Source: the human T2T-CHM13v2.0 reference genome, Homo sapiens. From it: a stretch of 64,000 nt of DNA. Position numbers and translations under genes: made by a program. The notes beneath the pieces were generated by a model that saw only the letters and a program-made list of their open reading frames with translations, searched no databases and was not told the DNA's origin. The stretch is taken from assembly GCF_009914755.1 (NCBI RefSeq), contig NC_060925.1, one strand, 5' to 3'. Positions 16,170 to 31,637 of the stretch are shown here, in pieces. Position 1 is the stretch's first letter. Every line of letters starts with the position of its first letter.

Positions 16170-16400
16170 TGGTACCTTGCCTCACATTCTCACACACATT
16201 TTCCCTTTGGACTTTAAACTTCACATCAACTCTTAAGGTGGGGGTGGGCGGTAGCAAGTGTTGCTTCCCCTTTTTATGGAAAAAAGTAGGTCTCAGAGAG
16301 GTTACGTGACATGCCCAAGTTCATGTGCTGGTGGGTTGCAGAGTCAGTTCTAGAGCCCAGTTCTTTTTGGAAACTGGATCAATGCTCTTTCTACCTCACC
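16170..16400 (-). mobile_element. MIR fragment
   Basis: TCTCAGAGAGGTTACGTGACATGCCCAAGTTCA...GCAGAGTCAG...GAGCCCAG. Confidence 0.7.
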
Positions 16401-16495
16401 AGCTGTCTCATATTAATACTAGAGATACTAATGCAAAAACACTACCATAATAGTATCTGCAAGAGAACAAATTCAAGGGAAGATGGATGGATACT

Positions 16496-16852
<357 letters not shown>

Positions 16853-17419
16853 TTAAGTTGTGGCTACACCAGATGTCTATGGCTTCACTGGTTTATGCAA
16901 AGTCCCCTGTGGGGCCAGGTCACTCTCCAGGGAAGATCTCATGACTTCCATGTCAGCAGGACTTAGGGTGCACTGAAGAGGGAAAGCAGACTGAAGAGCT
17001 TTGTCGAAAGGGTGTTTAAGTTTGGCAGCCCAAAAATGACAGAGAAGTTCATAGCCAGTCACAGCCTGTGGGCTGGCTCTAATTGTGCAGCCCTGCCCGA
17101 TGCACGGGCGGTTGTGAAACTGTGTCTTCCGAGTGTGTAAGAAGGGGAGAAGACCCGGAAATACTGGTGACCACTAGCCATGAGCACCACATGGTCTGCA
17201 GGTCTGAGCGGTCAAAAGATCTGTTCTGTGGAGCAGGCTCCCCTTTAACCATGTCCCTGTCACAGATCCCGCGGCAAGCATTCACACCACCTGGAATTAA
17301 TCGGGAAGAAAGTCGCAGTGTTTAGCAGATATTTCACAGATATAAACTGTGCGGTCTTCCTAAGTCTCTGCACATGATCAGCTGAAGATTGGGCTTCTTG
17401 TGGTGCACATACCATTTTC

Positions 17420-18240
<821 letters not shown>

Positions 18241-18474
18241 TCACCCTCACCTCTGTTGGCTGTGCTGCAAGCTGTAGTCAGGATGGTCATTTTCCAGCTT
18301 TGACCATGATTGCTCTTGCTTTTGGTGTCAGCGCCTACCTGTATGGTGCCCTCCATTCGTCAGTTGCCTTATATCCCAGCACGCTTCCTCAAGAGCTGAA
18401 GAAACGTCTTACATTTTCATATGAAATCATTTTCAAGCAAGGTATAGATTCACATAATACATAATTAATGGTAA

Positions 18475-18822
<348 letters not shown>

Positions 18823-18977
18823 TTATTTGGCTATAATCCCCATTGGAGTTACTGTTTAATGGGTAGAGAGTTTCAGTCTGAGTTGATGAAAACGCTCTGG
18901 AGATGGATGGTGGCAACAGTTGCACAAAAATGTGAATGTACCTAATGCCACTGAGACCCACACTTCAAAATGGTTCA

Positions 18978-19511
<534 letters not shown>

Positions 19512-19756
19512 TCAAATGGCAAATTTTATGGATACTTCGCCACAATAAAAATAAATTTCTATTAAAGTACATATCATTAATTCCACAAATGCAAATAGAA
19601 TACCAATCAAAGGAAGTCCTCAGAACACAGACTGCACAGTAAAGTGTGGGCCTAACTAGACCACAGCCTGTTTCATGTCACCAGGCTTAGTGGATGACCG
19701 CACTGCAAGGAAAATTGCTGAGACTGAGTCATGTTTTGGTTCTCTGGCTGCTTCTA

Positions 19757-20039
19757 TTTTTTTTTTTTTTAGATGGAGTTTCATTCTTGTTGCCCAGGAT
19801 AGAGTGCAGTGGTGTGAACCTCCGCCTCCCAGGTTCAAGCGATTCTCCTGCCTCAGCCTCCCAAGTAGATGGGATTACAGGCACCCGCCACCATGCCTGG
19901 CTAATTTTTTTGTATTTTTAGTAGAGATGGGGCCTCACCATGTTGGCCAGGTTGGTCTTGAACTCCTGACCCCAGGTGATCCGCCTGCCTCGGTCTCCCA
20001 AAGTTCTGGGATTACAGGCATGAGCCACCGCGTCCGGCC
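19757..20039 (-). mobile_element. Alu (AluS) with short internal deletion
   Basis: Alu consensus; lacks the ATCTCGGCTCACTGC segment; degraded TSD CTGG(C/G)TGCTTCT. Confidence 0.94.
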
Positions 20040-23000
20040 CCTGGGTGCTTCTTATTTTGGAAAATTCTTCCCCAAATGAGACTAATTTTGGCTCAGTAGA
20101 AAAATTCTCTCACCTCTTGTCCCGAAGGTGAAAATCCACCTCAATGATTTTCAATTTTTTTTTAATCATCATCGGCCTCTTTTATTTTTTTTCTGATAGA
20201 ATGTGCTTTAAGAGATAGTTGTAGCCTGTTTCCTATTCCTGCATTTATAAAGTAACAATTCATTTATCCTTGCCAGCTGTCTGCAAGCTTAAAATACCTA
20301 GACACATCTCACCACCCAGTAGTGTCCTTGACTGGCTTGGATGGCCAGTTTCCCTATACTGATTTGGTACAATTGCTACATTTTATAGAATACTTAAATA
20401 TGAATACAAGTGTGATTTCTGTGGGGCTTTTGACAAACCAGAACTAGTTCAAGGACCCTCACAATCACCTTCAAGGGACAAAAACCTGCATTTTGTGTGT
20501 TTCCTGGTGCGTTTCCTTTAAGAGTCCTGGCGCCTGGGCTGTCCAGCCCGGGTGGAGGGACTCCCGAGACCTGGTGATGGATGCTGTAGTCAGGAGTGCA
20601 TATTGGATCTGTTACACGGTGGTGATATACGATTTCAACATTTCAGGGTTGATTTGGATTTTCTGTACTCCCTGCCTGGAATTTTCCTGCTGTGTTGTTT
20701 TGTGCTTTACTGTTCAACAAGAGGAAAATAAATCTAGAAACCTGCTTAAAAATAGACATCCTGTTTTCAATTCTCTATCATTAAAAGATCTTAAAAGCTA
20801 GAATTTAGTTCTCTTCCCGGTAGAAGGAAGGAGTTGCGCTAAGGTCCCTTCTTAGAAATTAGCTCTAGAAATCCTAAAATTCTAGCTAACCAACCACAGT
20901 GTTCACGGGCCTAATATCCCTTACATTTTTCTTGTCTGACAGGCCCAGAGGGCTCACTGTCTGTGAGCTTTCACGGGGTTGTTGCTATCCCCCAGGGTTG
21001 ATTGATCTGTTTATTCTAAGCTTGAGGCCAGAGCTGGAAGGGAGGCCGTTTGTTTTGGGCACTGCTGAGAAAAACAGACTAATCACCTAAATACCACCTT
21101 GGGGAATGAAGTTACTTGAAAAGAAACTGAATGGAGCCTGGGCTTTTATTTGGAATGAGGAGGCAAACCTGGGAAGCTGCATGCCGCTGAATGATGATGA
21201 AAAGCACAAAGCTACTGAATGCCTCTGGCTTGGCCGCCAAAGAGAATTGGTTTCTGTAAGTGTCGGAGAGGGAAGACCCGCATTCCAGAGCTGCACCCCT
21301 TTCTTCACATTTCCGGTCCCTCTCCCCCAGCTCCTGCACACCCTGATGCTGGACCAAGGGGCCTGGGCAGAGGTGGGTGTGCTGGGCGGGAAAGTACGTC
21401 ATGGATGCCTCAACTTGCCATGGATGGCAGGTTGACTTCCTTCCCAGCAACTTGCAGATGTTCAGATGCGCAGAGTTAAGGTCTAAAACAAGAAAAGTTT
21501 GCTAACGTAGAGTGGCCGCTGGGTCTTATCTTTCCGTCTTCAATGGCCTTGAAAAATATGGGGCACGCATGGGGATTTCACACTCTTAACAAGCTAATGT
21601 CTCTAACACTACAGGTTACACTTCACCTGATTTCCAGGTTAGTGCAGCGCCTGACCTCTCTCCAGAGGCACCCTCGTTTAGAAGCATAGATGATGCAAAA
21701 ACATGGTTTCTCTTCTCAGTTCAGATTGCCTCTGTTGCAAGGACTGAGAACTCTGAGGAGATCTAGGAGATCCCTAAGTATATTAGGTTTTAATTCTGGG
21801 TCAAATCAGCAAATGTTTATTAAGTACACACAACAGACAGGGCACTGTAAGACAAAACAAATCAATCAGTCAACGTCAACTCTTGTCATTGCTTGGGGGG
21901 TAAAGGCAATACAAGGAATGACTGGCAAATACAGGTGTGAATTCCACTTACCCTCAGCAAGACGAGGGAAGAAGAAGATTCTGGAAAGGGAGAATTCTGC
22001 CAGCACCAACCTGATCATCCTTCTGGGCATGGCCAAATGCCTCCATTTTTCCTCTGAGGGGCTTCTTTGCCCTGAGGAATATACAAGTTGATAGGGCTAC
22101 TTGCCTTCTTGCTCATTAATATCTGCTTGGCTCCGGATCTGCAGGTAGAGCAGTGCTGGAATTATCCCAGAGCTGTGTTGTGACCTCTGGATGCTAGCCT
22201 TTCCAAGCAGGGACTTTGCTGCGACTCCCTAAGTTCATAGGGAAAGCAGCAAGGATGAGTTCGGGAGACTCTGGCATATGCATCAGAGTTCCAGAGTGAA
22301 AGGTGGCTCTGAAAACTTTGCAAACTGTACATAACTCAATTCCCCAGGCTGCTGTGTGTCCGTCATCCCTGAAATTTCATGAGGCCAGAGTAGGTCAACA
22401 GGGGCTAATGAGACAAGATCTAACTAAACAGAGTAAAGAGTTTCTCGGTCACAAGGGAAACTTTTACTATTTGAAATCAGCCTGAGCCAAGATTGATGAG
22501 GAAAAAAAAAACAAAAACCAAAATCTACTGCATTTTACTCCTATTTAGGAAGAAGTAAACTTTTGTAAACAGGAAGAACACAGGGATATTTGCTCTTAGC
22601 TAGAATGGGGCAAATTGGCAACAGTTTTGGGTGCCTACGGCTTTGGGTTTGATGGAGTCACCCTGCCACTAAGGAAATAGACCCAAGGAGGTTAAACTCA
22701 GTAGAGAGCTATGGGTATTCCTTTCCTTTAAGTTACAGCTCCCAGGAAAGCAAAACACAAGCTGAACAAACATTATACAAGCCATGTATATGTGTAGAAT
22801 GTGTCCAGATCCAATTCACTTATTTGCTCACGCTTCTAGGAACTCCATCCTTGTGCTTTTATCTCCTGGGCTCTCTGACTTTGAGACTTTTCACAGCTGT
22901 CATCATTTAGCATAAATAACAGCCTGCGGAAGAGTGGGTGACAATGTGGCATTTTGCTGGGCCACTTCTTGCTCAGCATTTGTCGTGGAGTCTTCTGCCA

Positions 23001-23629
23001 TTGGCCATGTGCCAGGCCTGACAAACAGCCATCAACACAACTTGTCACCAAGTGATTTTGAAAACTTATTGTTGAGGTGACTTCATTCTTACATCTTTCG
23101 TGCTTGGCAAAGTAATTACTACGCCAAGTTTTTTTTTTTTTAATCAAAATAAAACACTGATTAAATGTTTTCCTGTATCTGGATTACAAACTATTCCGTG
23201 ATCTCCAAACTTTGTCCTCTCGTGTGTGTGTGCATCTCACACAATCTCTGTCCTTCTTGGAAAAATGTCTCCATTAATTACTGGGGATGAAAGTTGATTA
23301 AAATTGTAGGTCATTTCCCAGGGAGGTTTTATGTGAATAACTTTAGTACTGTGATGCACTACTTATGAAGTCTCTGGTCTCTTTCTAAAATCAGGTTGGA
23401 GAAGAAGAGACTGTGCATGACAGTGCAGCCCTGTGGCTTGGAGACTATGTGAGTGGAAGCATTTTGAGGATACGATTTCTGAGTCCATGCTATTTCTCTG
23501 TTGTAGCTTAGCTGTGGATTCCTTACGTGCGAATGATTTGGGAGTATAAGAACACAGACTCAGTGTCATCATTTTGTCTACCATTACCCTTTCCTTTAGA
23601 AAATCTATTTGTGTCATTCATTTAGAATG

Positions 23630-23880
23630 TTGCCGTTAACAAAGTGTTTTATGTATACTATTTTATTTGGATATTATGATGGTCCACGCTGTGAAGTCAG
23701 CCAGCTATTGTTCATATTTGTTCCAGATGAGAGACTGGAGGTTCAGAGCAGCAATGTGCCCTGCACACCTCCACACAGTTCACACAGTGCTCAGAACAGC
23801 AATGTGCCGTGCACACCACACACCCTGTTCAGTGCAGAGGCAGCAGGCAGGACCCCAGGACTTCTGAGTCCTGATCCAAA
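23630..23880 (-). mobile_element. MIR with internal 48-bp tandem duplication
   Basis: CAGATGAGAGACTGGAGGTTCAGAG MIR core; TCAGA(G/A)CAGCAATGTGCC(C/G)TGCACACC at 23743 and 23791. Confidence 0.65.
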
Positions 23881-24169
23881 GCTACTTCCTCAAAATCCCT
23901 TTACTACTTTATTATTATTATTTTTTAAATAGACTTTTTAAAAAGCAGTTTTCAGCTTATAGAAAAAAAGTGAATGAAAAGTACAGAATTCCCATGTGCC
24001 GCCTCTCGTTCTCCTCAGTTTCCCCTGTTATTAGCATCTTGCCTTAGTGTGCTACGTTTGTTTCAACTGATGACCCAATATTGATACGTTATTGTTAACT
24101 AAAGTTTATAGTTTATGTTAGGGTTCACTCTTTGTCTTGTACATTGTATGAGTTTTGACAAATGAATAA

Positions 24170-24692
<523 letters not shown>

Positions 24693-25574
24693 AAATCACA
24701 TATCCACCATTACAGTATCACACAGAGTCGTTTCACTACCCTAAAGCCCCCTGTTCTCTCTCTATTCATCCTTCCCACCATCCACCCTCATCCCTGGCAG
24801 CCAGTGGTCTTTTTCTGTCTGCACAGTTGTGCCTTTTCTAGAATGTCAGATAGTTGTAACCATGTACTGTGCCTTTACCACCATGTTGAGCCTTGATGTG
24901 TTTCCTTCGTTGGTTTTATCAATAACAACGAACATTCACTGGTTTCTTTCCATCGAAGTTACATTTTTTCATGAAGGTAAACTCTTAAACAAGTGTCTCT
25001 TTTTGTCACCCTCTCCTAGGCCTATTCTTGCTATTGGTTAGAATGTGGCCAATAGATTCACCTCATGGTAGCAATGTCCTTGCTGAATATAACAAATCTG
25101 ATGGTTGTCATCTACCAAGAATTTTGTTTCTCTGAGGAAAATCAGCAAAACTCTCATTTCAGTTCTAGTGTAGCCTAGCCATGCTAGGCTGTTTTGTAAA
25201 TGATGACTATTAGGAGATATTTGTATCCATTGAGATGGAGAACACCGAAGCTTCGAAGGAGGAAACAGCTTGCCCAAGTAAAGACCATTAGGAGAACACA
25301 AAATAACCACCAAGGCTTCCTTATTCCCATTTGAGATGCTGCTGATTGAGCCGCAATTGGCCAGTGCTCTAAAACCGAGGCCTGGAAAGGACAGGCCATG
25401 CCAGTTCGCTCAGCCATTCAACCCAGCAGCCCTGACTATTGTAGCCAAGGTGATGGACTTGATTCCCATAGAAAGCAGCATCACCTTGGAGCTCACCTTT
25501 AACTCCTGGAGGCTGGCAGGGCCCCTGTGGCCACAACTAGACTGTGAGAGGAACCAAGAAAGTACGTTGAGATC

Positions 25575-26030
25575 TTGGAACCAACCCAAATGCCCATCAA
25601 TGATAGACTGGATAAAGAAAATGTGGCACATATACACCATGGAATACTATGCAGCCATAGAAAAGAATGAGTTCATGTTCTTTGCAGGGACATGGATGAA
25701 GCTGGAAACCATCATTCTCAACAAACTAACACAGGAACAAAAAAACCAAACACCGCATGTTCTCGCTCATAAGTAGGAGTTGAACAATGAGAACACATGG
25801 ACACAGGGAGGAGAACATCACACACCGGGGCCTGTGGGGGATGGGGGATAAGGGGAGGGAGAGCATTAGGACAAATACCTAATGCATGCGGGGCTTAAAA
25901 CCTAGATGACGGGTTGATAGGTGCAGCAAACCACCATGGCACATGTATACCTATGTAACAAACCTGCATGTTCTGCACATGTATCTGAGAACTTACAGTA
26001 TAATAAATAAATAAATAAAAATCACACACA
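25575..26030 (+). mobile_element. 5'-truncated L1PA (L1PA7/8-like) 3' end
   Basis: Encodes L1 ORF2 C-terminus WNQPKCPSMIDWIKKMWHIYTMEYYAAI; primate L1 3'UTR; degraded TSD GAAAGTAC.TT.AGATCT. Confidence 0.95.
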
Positions 26031-26509
26031 AAAAGGAAAGTACATTTAGATCTCATCTCCCTCTCACCCCAAATCCAAGAACAGAACAACTCAGACACAT
26101 GTCCTACAGATCAGCACACAATTTTTTTGTGATTGAAGAAACGAATACTAACATTGGTTGATGGAAGAGACAGTACTCTAAAGTCAGCATGATAATGGAC
26201 AGAAGAACAAATGATGCATCTAGTAACTGATGTTTAACAACTGATTACCTGTTTGTATGGCATATTTAAACATTATTGTGTTTTCTGCTGTTTGGGTAGT
26301 GGTTGTTTATAATTATTAAAGATGCCCCGAGTGACAAAGAGACGAAGGATCATGAACATCTTAAAACACTTCTTGCTTTTTAACAAGGGCAGAGCAAACT
26401 TGTTAAAAAGGTAACCGAGGGTCAGATAACCAATGATTCATTGATGATGAATGCTCATTCTTCTAGTGCCAATGTGGTAAAATGTGGATGTTTTTAACCT
26501 TGTAAGTTA

Positions 26510-26620
26510 GGTGGCAGCATAGTCTAGTAGAAAACACCTCTAGCTCATGGATGAACGTTTCTCCAATTTGCTCCCAAGTCTCTTATTGATACTATATTTG
26601 GGTGACCCTGGGCAAGTCCT
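26510..26620 (+). mobile_element. MIR 5' fragment
   Basis: GGCAGCATAGTCTAGTAGAAAA...GTGACCCTGGGCAAGTC. Confidence 0.55.
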
Positions 26621-26859
26621 ATTGATAGTTGGCTTTGACTTAGGACAAATGAGGTTACACAGACTGAGAGTTTTGTGTTGGACTTCAAGTACGCTTCTAG
26701 ACTAAAAGCATTATGCCATTAATATTTATGTTACATAGCTTGTATATAAGTATCTCTATTCCTATTATCTTATTAATGTTCACATGTATGGATGTGTATA
26801 CACGCATGGATTTGTGTAGATATGTGTGGTTGTGACGTATGTATTTTGTGTCTTACAGT

Positions 26860-26980
26860 TTTGCAAAGCTCTTTTGCAGACATTACCTCATTTGATCTTT
26901 CAACAGTCTCTCAGAAGGGGGATGTCCTTGCTTTCATTTTATAAATGTGGTTGAGAGAGGTTATGGTTCCTGAAACTTGA
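26860..26980 (-). mobile_element. MIR fragment
   Basis: ACATTACCTCATTTGATCTTTCAACAG...CATTTTATAAATG...GAGAGAGGTTA. Confidence 0.6.
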
Positions 26981-27461
26981 TACAATTACCAAGTTTCTGA
27001 AATATAGGAAAAATAACTTCATTGTAGACAAAGGTCACAATTTCAAGAGGCTTTGTAACGAAATTATGAACAAGTTTGGAAAAACTGCAAGAAATTCATT
27101 GAACAAAATTAAGAAGATCAGCCTTTTGAGAAAGGTCTCTCTTGATGGAAAGACCGAGCAGCATCTTTCACTGAGCCACAGATTTGTATGGCGGATTGGA
27201 TTTCTGGGGAAGGTTCTCCTCAGAACAGTGCCCTTCAGTCCACCGGAAAGTGCCACTCCAATTTTTAGTTAAGAAAGGCTCTGAAAAGACCCACTCTCAA
27301 AGGTACCACCTGTTCATGTAGTCATTAATTTGTTAACTAATTAATCGACCCATCTATTTATTCGCTTATTCACTCAAAAGCATTTACCAAGCTCCTACTG
27401 TGTGTCCTCAAGGACATCCAGCTGTACGGGAATAAACAGGGGAAGCATATGGTGGACTTGA

Positions 27462-27850
27462 AGGTGGAGTTGGTGTGGACCCTGCCGTGGGTGGATGGAG
27501 GTGGAGGTGGGGTGGTCCTGCCATGGGTGGATGGAGGTGGAGGTGGGGTAGACCCTTATGTGGGTGGTGGGAGGTGGAGGTGGGGTGGGCCCTGCCATGG
27601 GTGGTGAGAGGTAGAGTTGGTGTGGACTCTGCCAGGGGTGGTTGGAGGTGGAGGTGGGGTGGACCCTGATGTGGGTGGTTGGAGGTGGAGGTGGGGTGGG
27701 CCCTGCCATGGGTGGTGAGAGGTAGAGTTGGTGTGGACTCTGCCAGGGGTGGTTGGAGGTGGAGGTGGGGTGGACCCTGATGTGGGTGATTGGAGGTGGA
27801 GGTGGGGTCGGCTCTGCCATGCATGGTTGGAGGTGGAGTTGATGTGGGTT
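27462..27850 (+). repeat. G-rich 37-bp minisatellite (~10.5 units) with 111-bp higher-order repeat
   Basis: Unit ~TGGAGGTGGAGGTGGGGTGGACCCTGCCATGGGTGGT; variant GAGAGGTAGAGTTGG recurs at 27606 and 27717. Confidence 0.93.
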
Positions 27851-28349
27851 CTGCACAGCTTAGGCTGAGCAGGAAGTGTATTTTCAGACCTGGAATAGAC
27901 TCCCTATGGTGGACAGAGTTGCTGGAAAAAATATCAGAATATATTGTTTAGGACATCTCATCTTCAAGACATAGATTCCCCTTCTTATGGAATTTTGAGA
28001 TGTCCTAGCTGGAGGAAGAAGAATTCTTTCCATGGAAACAATAAACAGTCAAAATGTTTACTATGAAATTCATGGAAATGCTCTGCCAGAGGCTCGGGAA
28101 TCTCTGCAGAGAACATTTTCTGTACTGCAGGATGACAGAGGCTGTCGAGAATAAAATGAAGCTGAGTGCTTGTGGTTGGGATTCCTTCTTTTTCCTCTTT
28201 TATTGTTTCTCCTTAGCTTTGTGCCCAGGTCATTTGTCTATCTTCCTTCCCTTGAAATCCCTCCTGCTTTGGGGCCCTGCACTGCCTCTGGAGCATCCAG
28301 TTCTGAGATTCCAATCACAGGGCCAGGCATGAAACACGGCCATCCCTCA

Positions 28350-28909
<560 letters not shown>

Positions 28910-29039
28910 ATGTGTGGCATTTGTTCTCACTTTCACCGTGAGCGTCATTTGTTGACTTTAGCTTAAAACCAACCTTATTCCACTGCATGCCACCTTGTCC
29001 TCAGAGAATTCATAAAGACAGGCTTAAGAATCCATTTCA

Positions 29040-29385
<346 letters not shown>

Positions 29386-29694
29386 TCAATCCAATGAATC
29401 CTGGGACAGCATTTGGTGTGCCAGGTAGAGCGTGTGTGGCGGAGGGGGGGTGGTATTGTTTGTGACGTAGGTTTTCTGATTGGAACTACTGTTGCAGGCT
29501 TGACCATCACCTCCCACTACTGCGTGTGAGGCTAAATGCTGCTCCCTCGCTTATTGCTAAATGGAGAGAATACGAGGGAGACAATGGGGAACGTGAAAGC
29601 AACAACATTGTCAACTGGATTTGATGCAGGGCAGTGGGCAGGGACTCAGAACTCCACTCCCCCTACTCAGACGGGCAATCATGTCACAGTCAAG

Positions 29695-29890
29695 ATGAGA
29701 AATACCCATCGAGATTTGAGTGCATGTGACTCTTCTAAAAGCGAGGCGTGTTCTTCACAGCGCACACTGAGCACCGTTGCAGTCAATCTAACTGATGTTT
29801 TTCAAATGTAAACCAAAGGCCTCAAGCAGCCACAGTTTATCTCCTGACTTCCTTTTTATTGTCACAAGGTGTTCTGTTTAGAAAGAAAAC
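29695..29890 (+). repeat. Unique segment homologous to the insert at 24170-24692 (probable donor)
   Basis: Colinear match once the Alu is removed from the 24-kb copy. Confidence 0.9.
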
Positions 29891-30414
29891 AAGCCGTTAG
29901 AATATTCCAACAGAAACAGCATTAACATGATTTACTAGGTGGGTTATTTAGGGTTACTCAGCCAAGAAATGGCATTTCTGGACAGTGGTAGATTTGTTCA
30001 GCCTCTCACAAATTGAGGGAAGTGGCTTTATTTCTTCCCACCCAGCTAGTTCCCCTGTCCTCAGCCCAGAGATTCAAATGCCAACGGCTGCCAAGTTTAC
30101 CCCAGGACCGCCAGGCAAAGGTTCCGGACCACTGTTTGTTTTCCATTTCTGTGGCCTCATCATGCTCAGAAATGCTGACTTCTACGAAGAGCCCAGAAAA
30201 GTTCAGATGTGTGCCAAGGCTTTGGTTGTAGGCTTGGCACAAGGAGCAGCAGCTGGTAAGGACCAGGAGACAGCCCGGCCTCCTCCATGGTGCCTGCCTC
30301 TCATAGAAGCAGTCAGGAGGACAAGCTTTTGGTTTCCGCAGACTTAGCAGTCATTCCTGTGTTCCTAAGAATCATACTCGGGATTTTAAAAATTCATGTA
30401 TTTAGTTATAACTG

Positions 30415-30520
30415 TGAAATATCATAGAACCGGGAGGTGATGTCCAAGTCATCCGGCCAGTCCAGTTTCTCCTTTTGCACATCAAGGATCAGGCCCCAAG
30501 AGGCCAAGGGATTAGTGGGA
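30415..30520 (-). mobile_element. MIR/MIR3 fragment
   Basis: ATCATAGAACCGGGAGG...GTCATCC...AGTCCAG...GGCCCCAAGAGGCCAAGGGA; degraded. Confidence 0.45.
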
Positions 30521-30649
30521 ACCCTTCTTCTTGCCTTCACATCCATCTCTCAGTCTTTGTTTCCTATCGCTTACAGTTGTTTTTCACTTCTGTCTTCTTT
30601 TCCTACTCCTTACCATCTGAAGAACTGAAAAAATTATTCCAGGTTCAGC

Positions 30650-30840
30650 AATGTTGGAACCAAGTTTTGTAAACGGACCTAAGCCTTTTACAATCTGGGG
30701 GACCTTCTTTAGGAAATGGAACACAGATGACCATGTATACATGTTGCTGGCGCCCCTCCTATGGCTTTGGAAGGCACCCAGGCAGGTGAGGAGCCCTGAA
30801 TCTCGAGCTTCCTTTAGCTTTACAGTGATTCAGTCTCTGG
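30650..30840. mobile_element. MER53-like hAT fossil
   Basis: TACAATCTGGGGGACCTTCTTTAGGAAA...TTGGAAGG...GTGAGGAGCCCTGAA...AGCTTCCTTTAGCTT; family assigned from memory. Confidence 0.55.
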
Positions 30841-31581
30841 TTAGGACCATTACGATTTCTTTCTTTATTTCCCCCTTACTTATGCCCTATATGAAATGAA
30901 ACAGATGTGAGTGTTTGAATCAAAAAGACTTCCCTGATGTAGTGGTCTCATTTTAGATGCTCAGAGCATAGAATAAGTGGCAGCAGACCTTACTTATTCC
31001 ATCTGGTTTTTGCATAGACTGCTCGAGTTGTTTTTCCTTTCTCATTTGTTTTCCTCCCTTGCATTTTGGTCTGTCTGCTCCCCAAACTTTTAGCTATGAA
31101 ACATCTCTAGAATTCGACATCTGTCAGAGGAGGCAGCGGAAGTTCTTTCTCTGGGATCCATGAGTCCTGACTCCCCTGATACTGTGTGCTGAGAGAGGGT
31201 TTTGTTTTCATAATTATGACAATTCCCATATATTGAATGCTTCCTACATGCCAGATATTTCCAGAGCTCTGTGTCCCTGGAAGAGTCAAGAACCACTGTT
31301 TATAGCATTGAGAAGGAAAGAGTCTAGCCTCTGACATCTTTTCTTCTAAAATGACTGCAACACATGGACATATTTTTAGCTATTTTTTCCATGAAATGTA
31401 TTTTCTAATGACTTAAGACATTAGATCAATGGGAAAAGAGAGCGTTTATGTTTTTATGAAGGTAATATTTTCAGTGGCAAAATGAGCTTTATCAGACCTC
31501 AGGAACTTGTGACTTCCAGAAAACAAGAATGGTTCTGACCTGGGATCGTGAGAATGTCTTTATCCTAGACATGCCAATCCA

Positions 31582-31637
31582 CACTTAGCCAGTGTGAAGG
31601 GAAGAGTCTGCACTTAGCCAGCATGAAGGGAAGAGTG
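31582..31637. repeat. 29-bp tandem duplication
   Basis: CACTTAGCCAG(TG/CA)TGAAGGGAAGAGT at 31582 and 31611. Confidence 0.9.

Noticed and set aside
21952-21980. Minus-strand 29-nt acceptor/donor pair (TTCTCCCTTTCCAG ... AGG|GTAAGT)
   Set aside because: Very short, pyrimidine-rich body and no further support; such pairs arise by chance in 64 kb
25336-25776. 146-aa ORF with protein-like C-terminus
   Set aside because: The C-terminal half is the L1 ORF2 end of a truncated L1PA, fused by chance to flank
27395-27856. Mucin/extensin-like repetitive ORFs
   Set aside because: Product of the 37-bp minisatellite
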